NCBI GenBank assembly: GCA_009919265.1
Contig: RGCF01000004.1
Span: 6,185 to 70,184 of the forward strand
Direction: 5' to 3'
DNA from: Bacteroidota bacterium
Lineage (GTDB): Bacteria > Bacteroidota > Ignavibacteria > Kapaibacteriales > UBA961
DNA: 64,000 nucleotides
Position 1 is the first letter of the stretch. Every line of letters begins with the position of its first letter. A program made the translations under genes and the position numbers. This document shows, piece by piece, positions 50,808 through 61,630 of the stretch. The notes below the pieces were generated by a model. The model was given only the letters and a program-made list of their open reading frames with translations, was not told the DNA's origin and made no database searches.

Positions 50808-51584
50808 ATGAACACATATCTATTCATATTCCTTCTCTTATTTATCTATAGACTAGATGCTCAACAAGCATTAAGAACCATTCCTAATGAAGCTTTCGGT
50901 TTGGGAGAAAAGCTTGAATATAAAGTGGGCTATCAATTCGTAAAGGCCGGGGATGCATATTTTCATATTCAGCCTAAATCCTTTACTTATAAAGGTAGAC
51001 CTTGCTATGACATACGATTTGAAGTCCGTTCATTGAAATCACTTGACTGGCTATATCGCGTTCAAGATATGTATCGTACAATTGTAGATATCGATGGTAT
51101 CTATCCTTATTATTTTGAACAGAAAGTTCGAGAAGGTGGTTATAAAAAGGATGCAAAAGCACAATTTGATCATTCTTCAAAGCGAGCAATAGTTGGAGAT
51201 AAATCATATCCATTCCCTACCTTCTCCCATGATATTGTTTCTGCTTTCTATTATGTAAGGACAATGGATTTATCTTCGAAGAAAAAGGGTGAAGTAATCC
51301 AGTTGAAAAATTTTGTTGATGATAGCACATATACGCTAGGTGTTCGAATTCATGGCAAACAAACAGTGAGTGTTCAAGCAGGGACCTTTGAATGTATTGT
51401 TGTAGAGCCGATGGTTACAAAGGGCGGACTATTTAAAAGCGAGGGCAAAATTCTCTTGTGGTTATCCGATGATGAAAGAAAAATACCCGTAAAGGTAAGC
51501 ACCAAGGTATTGATTGGTGCAATTGAGGCGGAATTGACCAGTTTTTCAGGAACTAGAGGACCAATCAAGGCAAAAATCAAGTAA
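50808..51584 (+). CDS. DUF3108 family exported protein
   Basis: AFGLGEKLEY, DIVSAFYYVR, AGTFEC, WLSDDERKIPVK. Confidence 0.85.
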   Translation: MNTYLFIFLLLFIYRLDAQQALRTIPNEAFGLGEKLEYKVGYQFVKAGDAYFHIQPKSFTYKGRPCYDIRFEVRSLKSLDWLYRVQDMYRTIVDIDGIYPYYFEQKVREGGYKKDAKAQFDHSSKRAIVGDKSYPFPTFSHDIVSAFYYVRTMDLSSKKKGEVIQLKNFVDDSTYTLGVRIHGKQTVSVQAGTFECIVVEPMVTKGGLFKSEGKILLWLSDDERKIPVKVSTKVLIGAIEAELTSFSGTRGPIKAKIK

Positions 51585-51624
51585 AAAACAATAATCCTCA
51601 GGGCATGAATTGTGGAATTTCCAG

Positions 51625-51632
51625 TAAATTTG
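51625..51632 (+). promoter_or_regulatory. Bacteroidota-type -7 element (TAAATTTG)
   Basis: Exact match 28 nt before ATG 51661. Confidence 0.55.
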
Positions 51633-51660
51633 TATGTATGTATCCCATTCAGATTGATCT

Positions 51661-53667
51661 ATGTCCAACCTACAGAAAACTCACATAACTGATTCTTCAG
51701 CACTGGAAGACATATGTCATCTCTATGATGAACTCATTGATCAGTTAAAACCAGAAGTCAAACGCATATTGGAAGAGTGGGACCAAAAAACACAAAACTA
51801 TCGCAATGAAGAATTCTCATATACAGTTCGAAATAAACAAATCAATGTAGAAAACTTCATTGAATCATTAAGTCATACCAAAATCCCCAAAATAGCTACA
51901 CCACAATTCAAAGATTGGGGTGAAATAGTTAGGTGGAGTTTAAGAGAAAATTTTCCTGGTGAATTCCCTTACACTGCCGGTGTATATCCGTTCAAAAGAA
52001 CAGGTGAAGATCCCACGAGAATGTTTGCAGGTGAAGGTGGACCCGAAAGAACAAATAAACGCTTCCACTATCTCAGTCATGGGATGCCCGCGGCAAGACT
52101 TTCTACTGCATTTGATAGTGTGACTTTATATGGAGAAGATCCAGATTTCCGACCTGACATCTATGGAAAGATTGGTAATAGCGGTGTTTCGATTGCAACT
52201 CTAAATGATGCAAAGAAATTGTATTCCGGTTTTGATTTGTGCGATCCAAAAACTTCCGTATCAATGACTATCAATGGACCGGCTCCAATGCTGTTAGCTT
52301 TTTTCATGAATGCTGCCATTGATCAAGAATGTGAAAAATATATTCATGAGCATGGTCTTTTAGATGAAGTAAAAGCAAAGATTGCAGCTGTCTATACTCA
52401 ATCAACACATAGCACACCAATATATTGTTCAGATCCCGAGACCAAATCACAAGATTTACCTGAAGGCAATGCAGGTTTAGGATTGGCATTACTCGGTATC
52501 ACTGGAGACAAGGTTCTTCCTTCAGATGTATATGAACAATGTAAAGAGCGAGCATTGAAGACTGTCCGCGGGACAGTGCAAGCCGATATTCTCAAAGAAG
52601 ATCAAGCTCAGAATACTTGCATTTTCTCCACAGAATTTGCCCTCAAAATGATGGGAGACATTCAAGAATATTTCATAGAAAAGCAAGTTAGAAATTTCTA
52701 TTCCGTGTCAATCAGTGGCTATCATATTGCAGAAGCAGGTGCCAATCCTATTACACAAGTTGCATTCACGCTAGCAAATGGTTTTACATTTGTGGAATAT
52801 TATCTTTCTCGTGGAATGCATATTGATGATTTCGCGCCCAATCTGTCATTCTTCTTTTCCAATGGCATTGACCCCGAATACGCTGTGATAGGTAGAGTTG
52901 CAAGACGCATTTGGGCTAAAGCCATGAAAAATATTTATGGTGGGAATGAACGTTCACAAATGCTCAAATACCATATTCAAACCTCAGGAAGATCATTACA
53001 TGCTCAAGAAATTGACTTCAATGATATTCGTACCACTCTGCAAGCATTGTATGCCATTTACGATAATTGCAATTCATTGCACACAAATGCCTATGATGAA
53101 GCAATAACCACTCCGACTGAAGAATCAGTTAGAAGAGCGGTAGCAATTCAGTTAATCATAAATCGTGAACTTGGATTAGCTAAGAATGAGAATCCGCTTC
53201 AGGGATCATTTATCATAGAAGAATTGACTGATCTTGTAGAAGAAGCTGTTTATGCTGAATTCAATCGAATCTCAGAAAGAGGCGGAGTATTAGGTTCCAT
53301 GGAGACGATGTATCAGCGTAATAAAATTCAAGAAGAGTCTCTTTATTATGAAACTTTGAAACATACCGGCGAATATCCGATCATTGGAGTGAATACATTT
53401 CTGTCTAAAAATGGTTCACCAACAATTATTCCTCAGGAAGTTATTCGTTCCACAACTGAAGAAAAAGAACAGCAAATCACCAATGTCAGAGCTTTTCAAG
53501 ATCATCATGCAAGTGAAGCGGAATTGGCATTGAAAAACTTAAAACAAACCGCCATTGCAGATGGAAATATTTTCGAAGCTTTGATGGAAGCCGCAAAAGT
53601 TTGTTCTCTCGGACAAATGTCAAATGCGCTTTATCAAGTTGGCGGACAATACAGAAGAAATATGTAA
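51661..53667 (+). CDS. Acyl-CoA mutase substrate-binding domain; C-terminal part of IcmF (isobutyryl-CoA mutase), lacking the B12-binding and MeaI GTPase domains
   Basis: [72 protein letters not shown]; no DxHxxG motif and no P-loop. Confidence 0.88.
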   Translation: MSNLQKTHITDSSALEDICHLYDELIDQLKPEVKRILEEWDQKTQNYRNEEFSYTVRNKQINVENFIESLSHTKIPKIATPQFKDWGEIVRWSLRENFPGEFPYTAGVYPFKRTGEDPTRMFAGEGGPERTNKRFHYLSHGMPAARLSTAFDSVTLYGEDPDFRPDIYGKIGNSGVSIATLNDAKKLYSGFDLCDPKTSVSMTINGPAPMLLAFFMNAAIDQECEKYIHEHGLLDEVKAKIAAVYTQSTHSTPIYCSDPETKSQDLPEGNAGLGLALLGITGDKVLPSDVYEQCKERALKTVRGTVQADILKEDQAQNTCIFSTEFALKMMGDIQEYFIEKQVRNFYSVSISGYHIAEAGANPITQVAFTLANGFTFVEYYLSRGMHIDDFAPNLSFFFSNGIDPEYAVIGRVARRIWAKAMKNIYGGNERSQMLKYHIQTSGRSLHAQEIDFNDIRTTLQALYAIYDNCNSLHTNAYDEAITTPTEESVRRAVAIQLIINRELGLAKNENPLQGSFIIEELTDLVEEAVYAEFNRISERGGVLGSMETMYQRNKIQEESLYYETLKHTGEYPIIGVNTFLSKNGSPTIIPQEVIRSTTEEKEQQITNVRAFQDHHASEAELALKNLKQTAIADGNIFEALMEAAKVCSLGQMSNALYQVGGQYRRNM

Positions 53668-53688
53668 TTCATTCTAAAAGGTTATCTC

Positions 53689-54489
53689 ATGAAAACAAAG
53701 TATGTATCAATCATTGCGATGATTGGATTTGCACTTATTCTCAGCTCATGCTCTGATAGTTCTACCAATCCGACACCCTCAAATGACTATTTTCCAGTAA
53801 CAGCAGGTAGTTATTTTGTTTACAACAATATTAGACTTGATTCTACAACCGGTAATAGGGATATGACTGCTTTACAAGTAGATTCACTCGTCGTACTTGC
53901 TGCAACAAACAAAGAAAATAAAACTGCATATCCATTTGATGTATATAGACTAAATCAGAAAATTAGAACTGACTATTATGCAAAGGATGGTCAAACTGTA
54001 TGGGGATTTTGGAAATATATTCCACCAGGAATTACATTGTCTGAATTAATCAATACCATCGTTCCCCAAAATTATAGATGGTCAAAGTTTGCAGATTTTG
54101 CAGCAACAGGTGAATGGACCATTGCTGATACCACAATAACAGGACTTTCAATTCCCTTCAATGGACAAAACATTCCTTTGTCATCTAATATCAACATGAA
54201 AGGAAAAAAGATCGGTACAACAACAGAAACGATCAATGGCAACACATTCCCAAATACAACACAGTTTGAATTGACAGTAACACTCAAACCATCGATTACT
54301 ATATTTGGAAATGTGATTCCAATTGATCCTATTCCAGTTAAGCAAACAATATGGGTTGCCAAGAGTGTTGGAATTGTAAAAGAAGAGTTCCCCTCACTTG
54401 ATTTAAAAGTGGTAGTGCCTGGACTTGAGCCTATTACTTATAAAGGCGATGGATATGTAAAAGAATTACTTCGCTATTCAGTAAAATAA
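53689..54489 (+). CDS. Hypothetical lipoprotein
   Basis: LILSSC lipobox; DYFP...GSYFVY; WVAKSVGIVKE; ELLRYSVK. Confidence 0.75.
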   Translation: MKTKYVSIIAMIGFALILSSCSDSSTNPTPSNDYFPVTAGSYFVYNNIRLDSTTGNRDMTALQVDSLVVLAATNKENKTAYPFDVYRLNQKIRTDYYAKDGQTVWGFWKYIPPGITLSELINTIVPQNYRWSKFADFAATGEWTIADTTITGLSIPFNGQNIPLSSNINMKGKKIGTTTETINGNTFPNTTQFELTVTLKPSITIFGNVIPIDPIPVKQTIWVAKSVGIVKEEFPSLDLKVVVPGLEPITYKGDGYVKELLRYSVK

Positions 54490-54516
54490 TGACAACTGAT
54501 TGCTAAGATATAGCAT

Positions 54517-54547
54517 ACCCCAATTGCAGATGCAATTGGGGTTTTTT
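54517..54547 (+). terminator. Intrinsic terminator between convergent genes
   Basis: ACCCCAATTGCA-GA-TGCAATTGGGGT followed by a T run. Confidence 0.8.
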
Positions 54548-55850
54548 ATTTCACTATATGTCCAAACAAATCAAATTCAGCGGCATCATCGATTTCTACA
54601 GTAATCATGTCACCTGATTGCAATGGAATTTCTGATCTCACATACAATTCATTATCTACCTCTGGTGCATCACGATCAGTTCTGCATTGATATTCTCCAT
54701 TGATTTCCTGCTCGACCATTGCTCGAACTCTCTTTCCTATCAACTCTTGATTTGCATCATGTGAAATCTGTTTTTGTATGTCCATCAAGATCGTTCTTCG
54801 TTCATCTTTGACTTCTTGAGGTATTGGATCTCCCAAAATATAGGCATAGGTATCATCTTCTTGTGAATAGGTGAATACCCCCATGCGATCTAATACACCG
54901 GTACTGACAAAATCACATAATTCCTGGAAATCTTGTTCAGTTTCACCCGGATAACCTACGATAAAAGTTGTTCTTAGAGTGATACCAGGAACTGTATCTT
55001 TAATGTTATGAATCAATTCCTCAGTGGCCCTTCTAGTAATGCCACGACGCATAGATTTAAGCATATTGGTTGAGATATGCTGCATCGGCATATCGATATA
55101 CGAACAAATATTCTCTCTTTCGGCTATGACAGGCAAAATTTCTTTCGGGAATTTTGAGGGATAAGCATACATCAAGCGAATCCACTCTGCCCCTGATGCA
55201 TCACTCAAACCGCGCAACAATGCATCAAGATTTCTTTTTCCATAGATATCCAGTCCATAACATGTGGAGTCCTGAGCAACAAGAACAAGTTCTTTCACAC
55301 CCTGCCGCGTCAGTGCTTGTGCTTCCCTCACCAAATCTTCAATTGGCTTCGAGCGGTGTTTTCCTCGCATAAGGGGTATTGCACAGAATGAACAAGGATT
55401 ATCACAACCTTCACTGATTTTCATATAGGCATAATGCTTGGGAGTTGAAATAATGCGTTCGCCCAAGAGTGCATATTTTAAATCAGGTGAAACCACTTTC
55501 AAAATATTGGCATATGCTTCGGTCCCAAAAAAATGATCGACTTCAGGAATCTCGGCTTTTAAATCATTCCCATAGCGCTCTGATAAACACCCGGCAACGA
55601 TAAGTGTTTCTATTTTACCTTGTTTTTTCAATTCAGCGGCTTCAAGAATTGCTGAAACACTTTCCTCTTTAGCTAAATCAATAAAGCCACATGTATTGAT
55701 GATGACTGTAGATGCCTGTTCTGGATCATCAACGAGTGTCAGTTTGGCAGACTGCAGATGCCCTGACAATACCTCGGAGTCTACTGTATTTTTACTGCAT
55801 CCTAATGTAATTACAGACACTGTATCTTTTATTTGTTCTTGTATAGCCAT
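54546..55850 (-). CDS. rimO: Ribosomal protein S12 methylthiotransferase
   Basis: LGCSKNTVDSE, INTCGFI, GCLSERY, KISEGCDNPCSFCAIP, DAPEVD TRAM domain. Confidence 0.95.
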   Translation of the reverse strand: MAIQEQIKDTVSVITLGCSKNTVDSEVLSGHLQSAKLTLVDDPEQASTVIINTCGFIDLAKEESVSAILEAAELKKQGKIETLIVAGCLSERYGNDLKAEIPEVDHFFGTEAYANILKVVSPDLKYALLGERIISTPKHYAYMKISEGCDNPCSFCAIPLMRGKHRSKPIEDLVREAQALTRQGVKELVLVAQDSTCYGLDIYGKRNLDALLRGLSDASGAEWIRLMYAYPSKFPKEILPVIAERENICSYIDMPMQHISTNMLKSMRRGITRRATEELIHNIKDTVPGITLRTTFIVGYPGETEQDFQELCDFVSTGVLDRMGVFTYSQEDDTYAYILGDPIPQEVKDERRTILMDIQKQISHDANQELIGKRVRAMVEQEINGEYQCRTDRDAPEVDNELYVRSEIPLQSGDMITVEIDDAAEFDLFGHIVK

Positions 55851-55958
55851 GTTTTGTCAATCATATATTCATTGAATTCATGCAAAATAACAATTTGAAG
55901 GGTGCATTCATGTAAACAAGAAAGCAAATTATTTGCCTCATGGGGATATGACAGTTCG

Positions 55959-55966
55959 TATTTTTG
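55959..55966 (+). promoter_or_regulatory. Bacteroidota-type -7 element (TATTTTTG) with upstream TTTG
   Basis: Exact match 24 nt before ATG 55991; TTTG at 55932-55935. Confidence 0.55.
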
Positions 55967-55990
55967 CAATACAATCATTACTTTGCATAT

Positions 55991-56803
55991 ATGAGCACAC
56001 TGTTGAACACGGCTATCGATGCAGCACGAAAAGCCGGAAGTCTCTTGAAAGAGGGATTAACATCTGACTTTTCAGTCTCCTCCAAAAGTCGATTCCATGA
56101 TTTGGTAACCGAATATGATCTTCGTTCTGAGCGTAGTATCATGGAGCATATTCGCTTGCAATTTCCAGATCATGAGATATTGACTGAAGAATCAGGACAT
56201 CACCATTCTGAAGGAGAAATTACTTGGATCATCGATCCATTGGATGGAACAGTAAATTTCGCACATGGCATTCCTTTCTTTTGCATAAGTATTGCTGCGA
56301 TGAAAGATAATGAGATTCTCTGTGGCGTGATTTATTCTCCAATGACAGATGAACTGTTTACAACTGAATTGGGCAAAGGAGCATGGTGCAATGGTATGGC
56401 ATTAAAGGTTACAAATAAGACAGTTTTGAAAGAATCATTTTTAGTGACCGGATTTCCCTATTCCGTAGCAGATAATCCCGGTCATTGCATTGATCACTTC
56501 TCACATATTGTTTCCCTTGGTATACCTATAAGAAGATTGGGTTCGGCAGCATTAGACTTGGCATATGTAGCTGCAGGTAGATTTGATGGTTTCTGGGAAA
56601 TCGCATTGCAACCATGGGATATGGCAGCAGGAACATTATTGGTTCGAGAAGCAGGAGGAACTGTGATCGATTATGCAGGGAAAAATTTGAATGTGTTACA
56701 GTCTTCATCAATCATAGCCGGCAATCCATTTCTGGTCAAAGACATTCAAATTGAATTGCAGAAAGTTGATTTGTTATATCAAAGTGGTGACTTTCATGAG
56801 TAA
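55991..56803 (+). CDS. suhB: Inositol monophosphatase family protein
   Basis: DLVTEYD, EES, WIIDPLDGTVNF, RRLGSAALDL, WDMAAG. Confidence 0.9.
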   Translation: MSTLLNTAIDAARKAGSLLKEGLTSDFSVSSKSRFHDLVTEYDLRSERSIMEHIRLQFPDHEILTEESGHHHSEGEITWIIDPLDGTVNFAHGIPFFCISIAAMKDNEILCGVIYSPMTDELFTTELGKGAWCNGMALKVTNKTVLKESFLVTGFPYSVADNPGHCIDHFSHIVSLGIPIRRLGSAALDLAYVAAGRFDGFWEIALQPWDMAAGTLLVREAGGTVIDYAGKNLNVLQSSSIIAGNPFLVKDIQIELQKVDLLYQSGDFHE

Positions 56804-57680
56804 ACAAATTGAATATACCTATATGCATGGTGCAGGTAATATATTTTGCGTCATAGACAATAGAACACTACAACTAACAATCCCGGAACTCAAGAAATTT
56901 ATTGTGGAAGATATTCCAATCAATTGGTTGGTGGATGGTCTCATTGCGATTCGAGATAGTGATGAATATGATTTTGAAGTTGATTTTTTAAATCCTGATG
57001 GTTCTCATGGTGCAATGTGTGGAAATGGCGCTCGATGCGCAGTGGCATATTATCTAAAGGAAATATTGAATCTAAGACCTGATATAGGTGATGTAGAATT
57101 CATGATGGCAGGTACAGAGTATCAAGCGGAGTATATTCTCTTTGGTGAAATTGTCAGCATATATTTTAAAGAAACACCTACAATCAAACTTGTAGAATTA
57201 CCCACAAAACCTATGATACATGGGTATTATGTTGAAAATGGCTCGGATCATGTGATAATTGATGCAAAACAACTCATGAATCACGAAGATGAATTTGAAG
57301 ATTTCCCATTGAACACATTTGCCAAGCCGCTAAGAAATTCAAAACTCTTTCCCAGAGGCGCAAATGTGAATATAGTATATGCCAAACCGGATGGTACTCT
57401 TCTTATTCGAACTTTTGAACGAGGAGTAGAACGCGAAACAGCGGCTTGCGGAACAGGAGCATTAGCTGCTGCATTTGCCTATGTATCTCAATCAGGTTCC
57501 CCATTTATTTCTGGCAGTGATCATACATATCCGAAATCACTCAAAACAAAGTCAGGTTATGTATTAACCATTAACAAGATAATTGGAAGTTCTGGACTTC
57601 GTTTATCAGGTCCAGCAGAATTTTTGAGTGAAGAAGAGGCCTATGAAATGTTTCTTCAATACAAAGTAGGATTATCATGA
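56796..57680 (+). CDS. dapF: Diaminopimelate epimerase
   Basis: MHGAGN, NPDGS, MCGNG, GANVN, RTFERGVERETAACGTG. Confidence 0.92.
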   Translation: MSKQIEYTYMHGAGNIFCVIDNRTLQLTIPELKKFIVEDIPINWLVDGLIAIRDSDEYDFEVDFLNPDGSHGAMCGNGARCAVAYYLKEILNLRPDIGDVEFMMAGTEYQAEYILFGEIVSIYFKETPTIKLVELPTKPMIHGYYVENGSDHVIIDAKQLMNHEDEFEDFPLNTFAKPLRNSKLFPRGANVNIVYAKPDGTLLIRTFERGVERETAACGTGALAAAFAYVSQSGSPFISGSDHTYPKSLKTKSGYVLTINKIIGSSGLRLSGPAEFLSEEEAYEMFLQYKVGLS

Positions 57681-58219
57681 TATTCATGGGCATAGATCCC
57701 GGAAGTGTGATTTGCGGATATGGTGTGATTGAAAAATCCGGCAATAATTCATTCCATGTACTTGAATATGGAGTAGTAGAAGCAAAAAAACATTTTGATT
57801 CCATGCCGCAAAGATTAGGTATGATCTATGAGGAATTGATTGCTGTGATAGAACGAACATTACCGGATGAAATATCGCTGGAAGCAACATTTTATGCAAA
57901 GAATGCTCAATCTCTCATTAAACTTTCTCATGCTCGAGGCGTGGCAATGCTTGCAGGAAATCAAAGAAGCATACCAGTAATCGAATATTCTGCAAAAGAA
58001 GTAAAAAGAGCCGTTACCGGAAATGGTAATGCAAGCAAAGAACAAGTTGGCTTCATGGTGAAATCTTTGCTAAAAATTGAAGAAGAATCAGCATACTATG
58101 ATGCAACCGATGCATTGGCTGTTGCTCTATGTCATGGCATGAAACGTAGCACACCAAAACAAAGCGCTAAATCCTGGATGCAATTCATACATGAAAATCC
58201 TAATCGAATCAAGCGATGA
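57677..58219 (+). CDS. ruvC: Holliday junction resolvase
   Basis: GIDPGS, HARGV, VKRAVTGNGNASKEQV, DATDALAVALCH. Confidence 0.95.
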   Translation: MIFMGIDPGSVICGYGVIEKSGNNSFHVLEYGVVEAKKHFDSMPQRLGMIYEELIAVIERTLPDEISLEATFYAKNAQSLIKLSHARGVAMLAGNQRSIPVIEYSAKEVKRAVTGNGNASKEQVGFMVKSLLKIEEESAYYDATDALAVALCHGMKRSTPKQSAKSWMQFIHENPNRIKR

Positions 58220-58866
58220 ACAATCATCAATTATTCATTGAATATTTAACGAATCGATTGCAACAACCATTGCCTGGTTGGGAATACCAGCAAAGGATGA
58301 GTCCATATGTACAGGGAAAGCGAACACTTGAGCCACGCATGGAACCCCAAGATGCTAAACAAACTGGAGTAGCAGCTTTGCTTTTCCCAGGTGATTTAGG
58401 GACTGAATTGCTTTTCACTATCAGAAGTCAGCATGTTTCCCATCACAAAGGACAAATTTGTTTTCCTGGCGGCAGAGCGGAATCAAATGAAAGCATTATA
58501 GAAACAGCACTCAGGGAAACACAAGAAGAACTTGGGATTATTGAGCAGATTTCTATCTTGGGTAGTTTAACCTCACTCTTTGTACCTCCTTCATATTCAA
58601 TGATGCATGTGATAGTCGGACATCTCTCTTCAAAACCAACATTCAATCCGAATCCACAGGAAGTTGAAGAAGTTTTTTTTGTTCCTGTACATGATTTAGC
58701 ATTTACGCATGAAGTGAAACATCTTTCCAAAATGCGCTCACAGGACATGGAAGTACTTGCACCATGCTGGGAAATACATCCAAAGAATCATTTATGGGGT
58801 GCAACTGCCATGTGCGTCAGTGAACTTATAGGTTTATATCAAGATTTTACTGAGTGCTATGTCTGA
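58216..58866 (+). CDS. Nudix CoA pyrophosphatase
   Basis: HKGQICFPGG, TALRETQEELG, NPQEV, WGATA. Confidence 0.9.
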   Translation: MNNHQLFIEYLTNRLQQPLPGWEYQQRMSPYVQGKRTLEPRMEPQDAKQTGVAALLFPGDLGTELLFTIRSQHVSHHKGQICFPGGRAESNESIIETALRETQEELGIIEQISILGSLTSLFVPPSYSMMHVIVGHLSSKPTFNPNPQEVEEVFFVPVHDLAFTHEVKHLSKMRSQDMEVLAPCWEIHPKNHLWGATAMCVSELIGLYQDFTECYV

Positions 58867-61630
58867 ACTAATTACCATACAAGATTCTGCACTCAAGGAA
58901 TTACGCCAATATTTTCCGAAAGATGATGTACTCACCTCATATGCACATCGCATACTCTATGCACATGATGCTAGTTCTTATCGAATTGTCCCAAAAGGAA
59001 TCGTCTTCCCAAAAACAAATAAAGATATTTCATTTATGCTTGTATGGGCTAAGAAATATTCCATTGGATTGACATTCCGTTCTGCAGGAACATCACTTTC
59101 TGGTCAAGCAGTTGGCGAGGGTATAATAATTGATTGTTCAAGATATTGGAAAGACTGTACATATAATACTGAAACACAGTTAGTGACTGTACAACCGGGT
59201 ATCATTGGGGGGCATGTCAATAGAATGCTTGCTAAACATCAAAGGAAAATTGGACCCGATCCGGCTTCCATCAATGCATGCATGATGGGAGGTATTTTGG
59301 CAAATAATGCAAGTGGTATGTGTTGTGGCATCGAATTCAATTCATATCATACTATTTCATCGATAGAATGCATATTACCAAATGGTGCTGTGTTTGACAC
59401 ATCGCTTCCTACTGCTGATGTATTACTTCAGAACGAATCTCAATACATATTTAATGGACTCATATCAATTAGGAATCGAATACTGCAATCTCCTGAACTC
59501 ACATCCATTATCAGAAATAAATATCGTTTAAAGAATACAGTTGGATATTGCCTAAATGCATTTCTCGATGAAGAATCACCATCACAAATCATCAAGCGAT
59601 TGCTGATTGGTTCTGAAGGAACATTAGGTTTTATTTCCAAAGCCACATTACAAACATTACCTGCTCTCCCTTTTGCAAGTACTGCAATGCTATTTTTTCA
59701 ATCTATGGAGGATGCCTGTAAGTCCATTCCATTGCTTTCAGATACAAATCCCGTAGCTCTTGAAATCATGGACAGGCAAGCTCTTCGTTCTATTGAAAAG
59801 CAAGTAGGTGCTCCAGAAATCATCTCCACACTCGGTGATGATGCAACTGCAATGTTAATTGAATATCAATCTTCTTCAGCAAGTGCATTGGAGAATATGT
59901 TACATTCTTTCAATGTCATACAACATCAACTGGAATTGATTCAAGAACCAGACTTTACCACAGAATTAGAAAAAAGAAATCAATATTGGAAGATCCGAAA
60001 AGGAATGTTCCCATCAATAGGTGCATCACGAGCAAAAGGCACTGGAATCATCAATGAGGATATTGCTGTACCAATTCATGCATTGAGTGATGCTGTCCGT
60101 GATTTACGCAGATTATTTTCATCATATCACTTTGATGAAGCAATCATATTTGGTCATGCAAAAGAAGGTAATCTTCATTTTGTCATTGCTCATTCATTTG
60201 ATACACCGGATGATATTGAACAGTTCGGTTCATTTATGCAGGATCTTGCAAAGCTTATCATTGATACTTATGATGGTTCGATGAAAGCTGAGCATGGGAC
60301 AGGTAGAAACATTGCTCCTTTTGTTGCGCATGAATGGGGCGAAGAAGCATATGGATTGATGAAAGAGATAAAAAAACTCTTCGATCCAAACTCCATACTT
60401 AATCCTGGCATCATCATTAATGATGATCCATCAGCTCATGTGAAACATGTGAAATCATTCCCCATTATTGATGATGTCATTGATACATGTATAGAGTGTG
60501 GCTACTGTGAATCACATTGTCCTACGCATCAATCAACTCTTTCCCCTAGACAACGCATTATTTTAGATAGAGAGATCGCACTCATTGATGATGAGTTTAT
60601 AAAACAGGAGTTATCAGCATTTGCACAGTTTCAGCAGATTGATTCATGCGCGACAGATGGTTTATGCTCCCTTTCTTGCCCTGTTCAGATCAATACGGGA
60701 CAATACATTCTTTCAAAGAGAAATTCTAATCTTGAAGTTCTAGGGCAATCTTTTTCTCATGAGGCAATGCATATACACGAAAGAGACAAGAAGATTCAAA
60801 CTCAACTAAAAATTGGCAAAATGGTTGCATCAATAATTGGCGGGAAGAATCTTCAAACATTGACTTCATTACTTTCACGGTTTGTGGAATCTCCTCAATG
60901 GATACCATCAATGCCTTCAATGTGGAAATCGAACCATCATATTGATAACAATGCCGAGATGATCTATATACCTTCATGCACAACTCGACTCTTTGCAAAG
61001 CCAGAAGGTGAACACCAAGCTCTACCAGATCTTATTTTGTCACTAGCAACTACAGCAGATATACATCTAACTATCCCAGAATCTACCGATCATCGATGTT
61101 GTGGATTAGCATATGAATCCAAGGGTGACTATGCAGCTGCAGCAATTGCATTGAATCAATGGAAGCAATATCTCCCTAGTACATTGCCACTATTAACAGA
61201 TGCTTATTCATGTCATGCACATATGCAGCAATCAACTGATACAATTGATATGGTAGACTTTGCAGAGCAATTAATAAAAAACTTGGATATTAGGCCCTTG
61301 CAAGGTGTAGCAATCTTACATCCACCCTGTTCTGTGCAAATGAATAATGGGATATCCCGATTTATATCCATTGCTAAACATTGCGCTGAAGAGGTATTTA
61401 TTCCTGAATCGGTTGGTTGTTGTGGTTTTGCAGGTGACCATGGATTCCATCATCCCGAATTGGTTCAACATGCATGCAAAGACATGGCAGAAGAAATCAA
61501 TGTTCAGAGAAATGTCATTGGATACTATTCGATAAATCCTACATGTGAATTAGGGATGCAAATAGGAACTGGTAATGTATATCGGTCAATCTTTTATCTC
61601 ATTGATAGAGCATTACAATCATCCCTTTGA
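58859..61630 (+). CDS. FAD/Fe-S-dependent D-lactate dehydrogenase (Dld-II type)
   Basis: DASSYR, FRSAGTSLSGQ, GPDPAS, NNASGMCCG, GSEGTLGF, KAEHGTGRN, CIECGYCESHCP, CATDGLC, CCG domains. Confidence 0.85.
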   Translation: MSELITIQDSALKELRQYFPKDDVLTSYAHRILYAHDASSYRIVPKGIVFPKTNKDISFMLVWAKKYSIGLTFRSAGTSLSGQAVGEGIIIDCSRYWKDCTYNTETQLVTVQPGIIGGHVNRMLAKHQRKIGPDPASINACMMGGILANNASGMCCGIEFNSYHTISSIECILPNGAVFDTSLPTADVLLQNESQYIFNGLISIRNRILQSPELTSIIRNKYRLKNTVGYCLNAFLDEESPSQIIKRLLIGSEGTLGFISKATLQTLPALPFASTAMLFFQSMEDACKSIPLLSDTNPVALEIMDRQALRSIEKQVGAPEIISTLGDDATAMLIEYQSSSASALENMLHSFNVIQHQLELIQEPDFTTELEKRNQYWKIRKGMFPSIGASRAKGTGIINEDIAVPIHALSDAVRDLRRLFSSYHFDEAIIFGHAKEGNLHFVIAHSFDTPDDIEQFGSFMQDLAKLIIDTYDGSMKAEHGTGRNIAPFVAHEWGEEAYGLMKEIKKLFDPNSILNPGIIINDDPSAHVKHVKSFPIIDDVIDTCIECGYCESHCPTHQSTLSPRQRIILDREIALIDDEFIKQELSAFAQFQQIDSCATDGLCSLSCPVQINTGQYILSKRNSNLEVLGQSFSHEAMHIHERDKKIQTQLKIGKMVASIIGGKNLQTLTSLLSRFVESPQWIPSMPSMWKSNHHIDNNAEMIYIPSCTTRLFAKPEGEHQALPDLILSLATTADIHLTIPESTDHRCCGLAYESKGDYAAAAIALNQWKQYLPSTLPLLTDAYSCHAHMQQSTDTIDMVDFAEQLIKNLDIRPLQGVAILHPPCSVQMNNGISRFISIAKHCAEEVFIPESVGCCGFAGDHGFHHPELVQHACKDMAEEINVQRNVIGYYSINPTCELGMQIGTGNVYRSIFYLIDRALQSSL

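Noticed and set aside
57677-58219. RuvC as a Cas or transposon nuclease
   Set aside because: It is a canonical 180-aa Holliday junction resolvase in a housekeeping operon, and I saw no CRISPR repeats in the window.
61619-61630. 12-nt convergent overlap of the D-lactate dehydrogenase and MFS genes
   Set aside because: Short tail-to-tail overlaps are common in compact genomes and imply no function.
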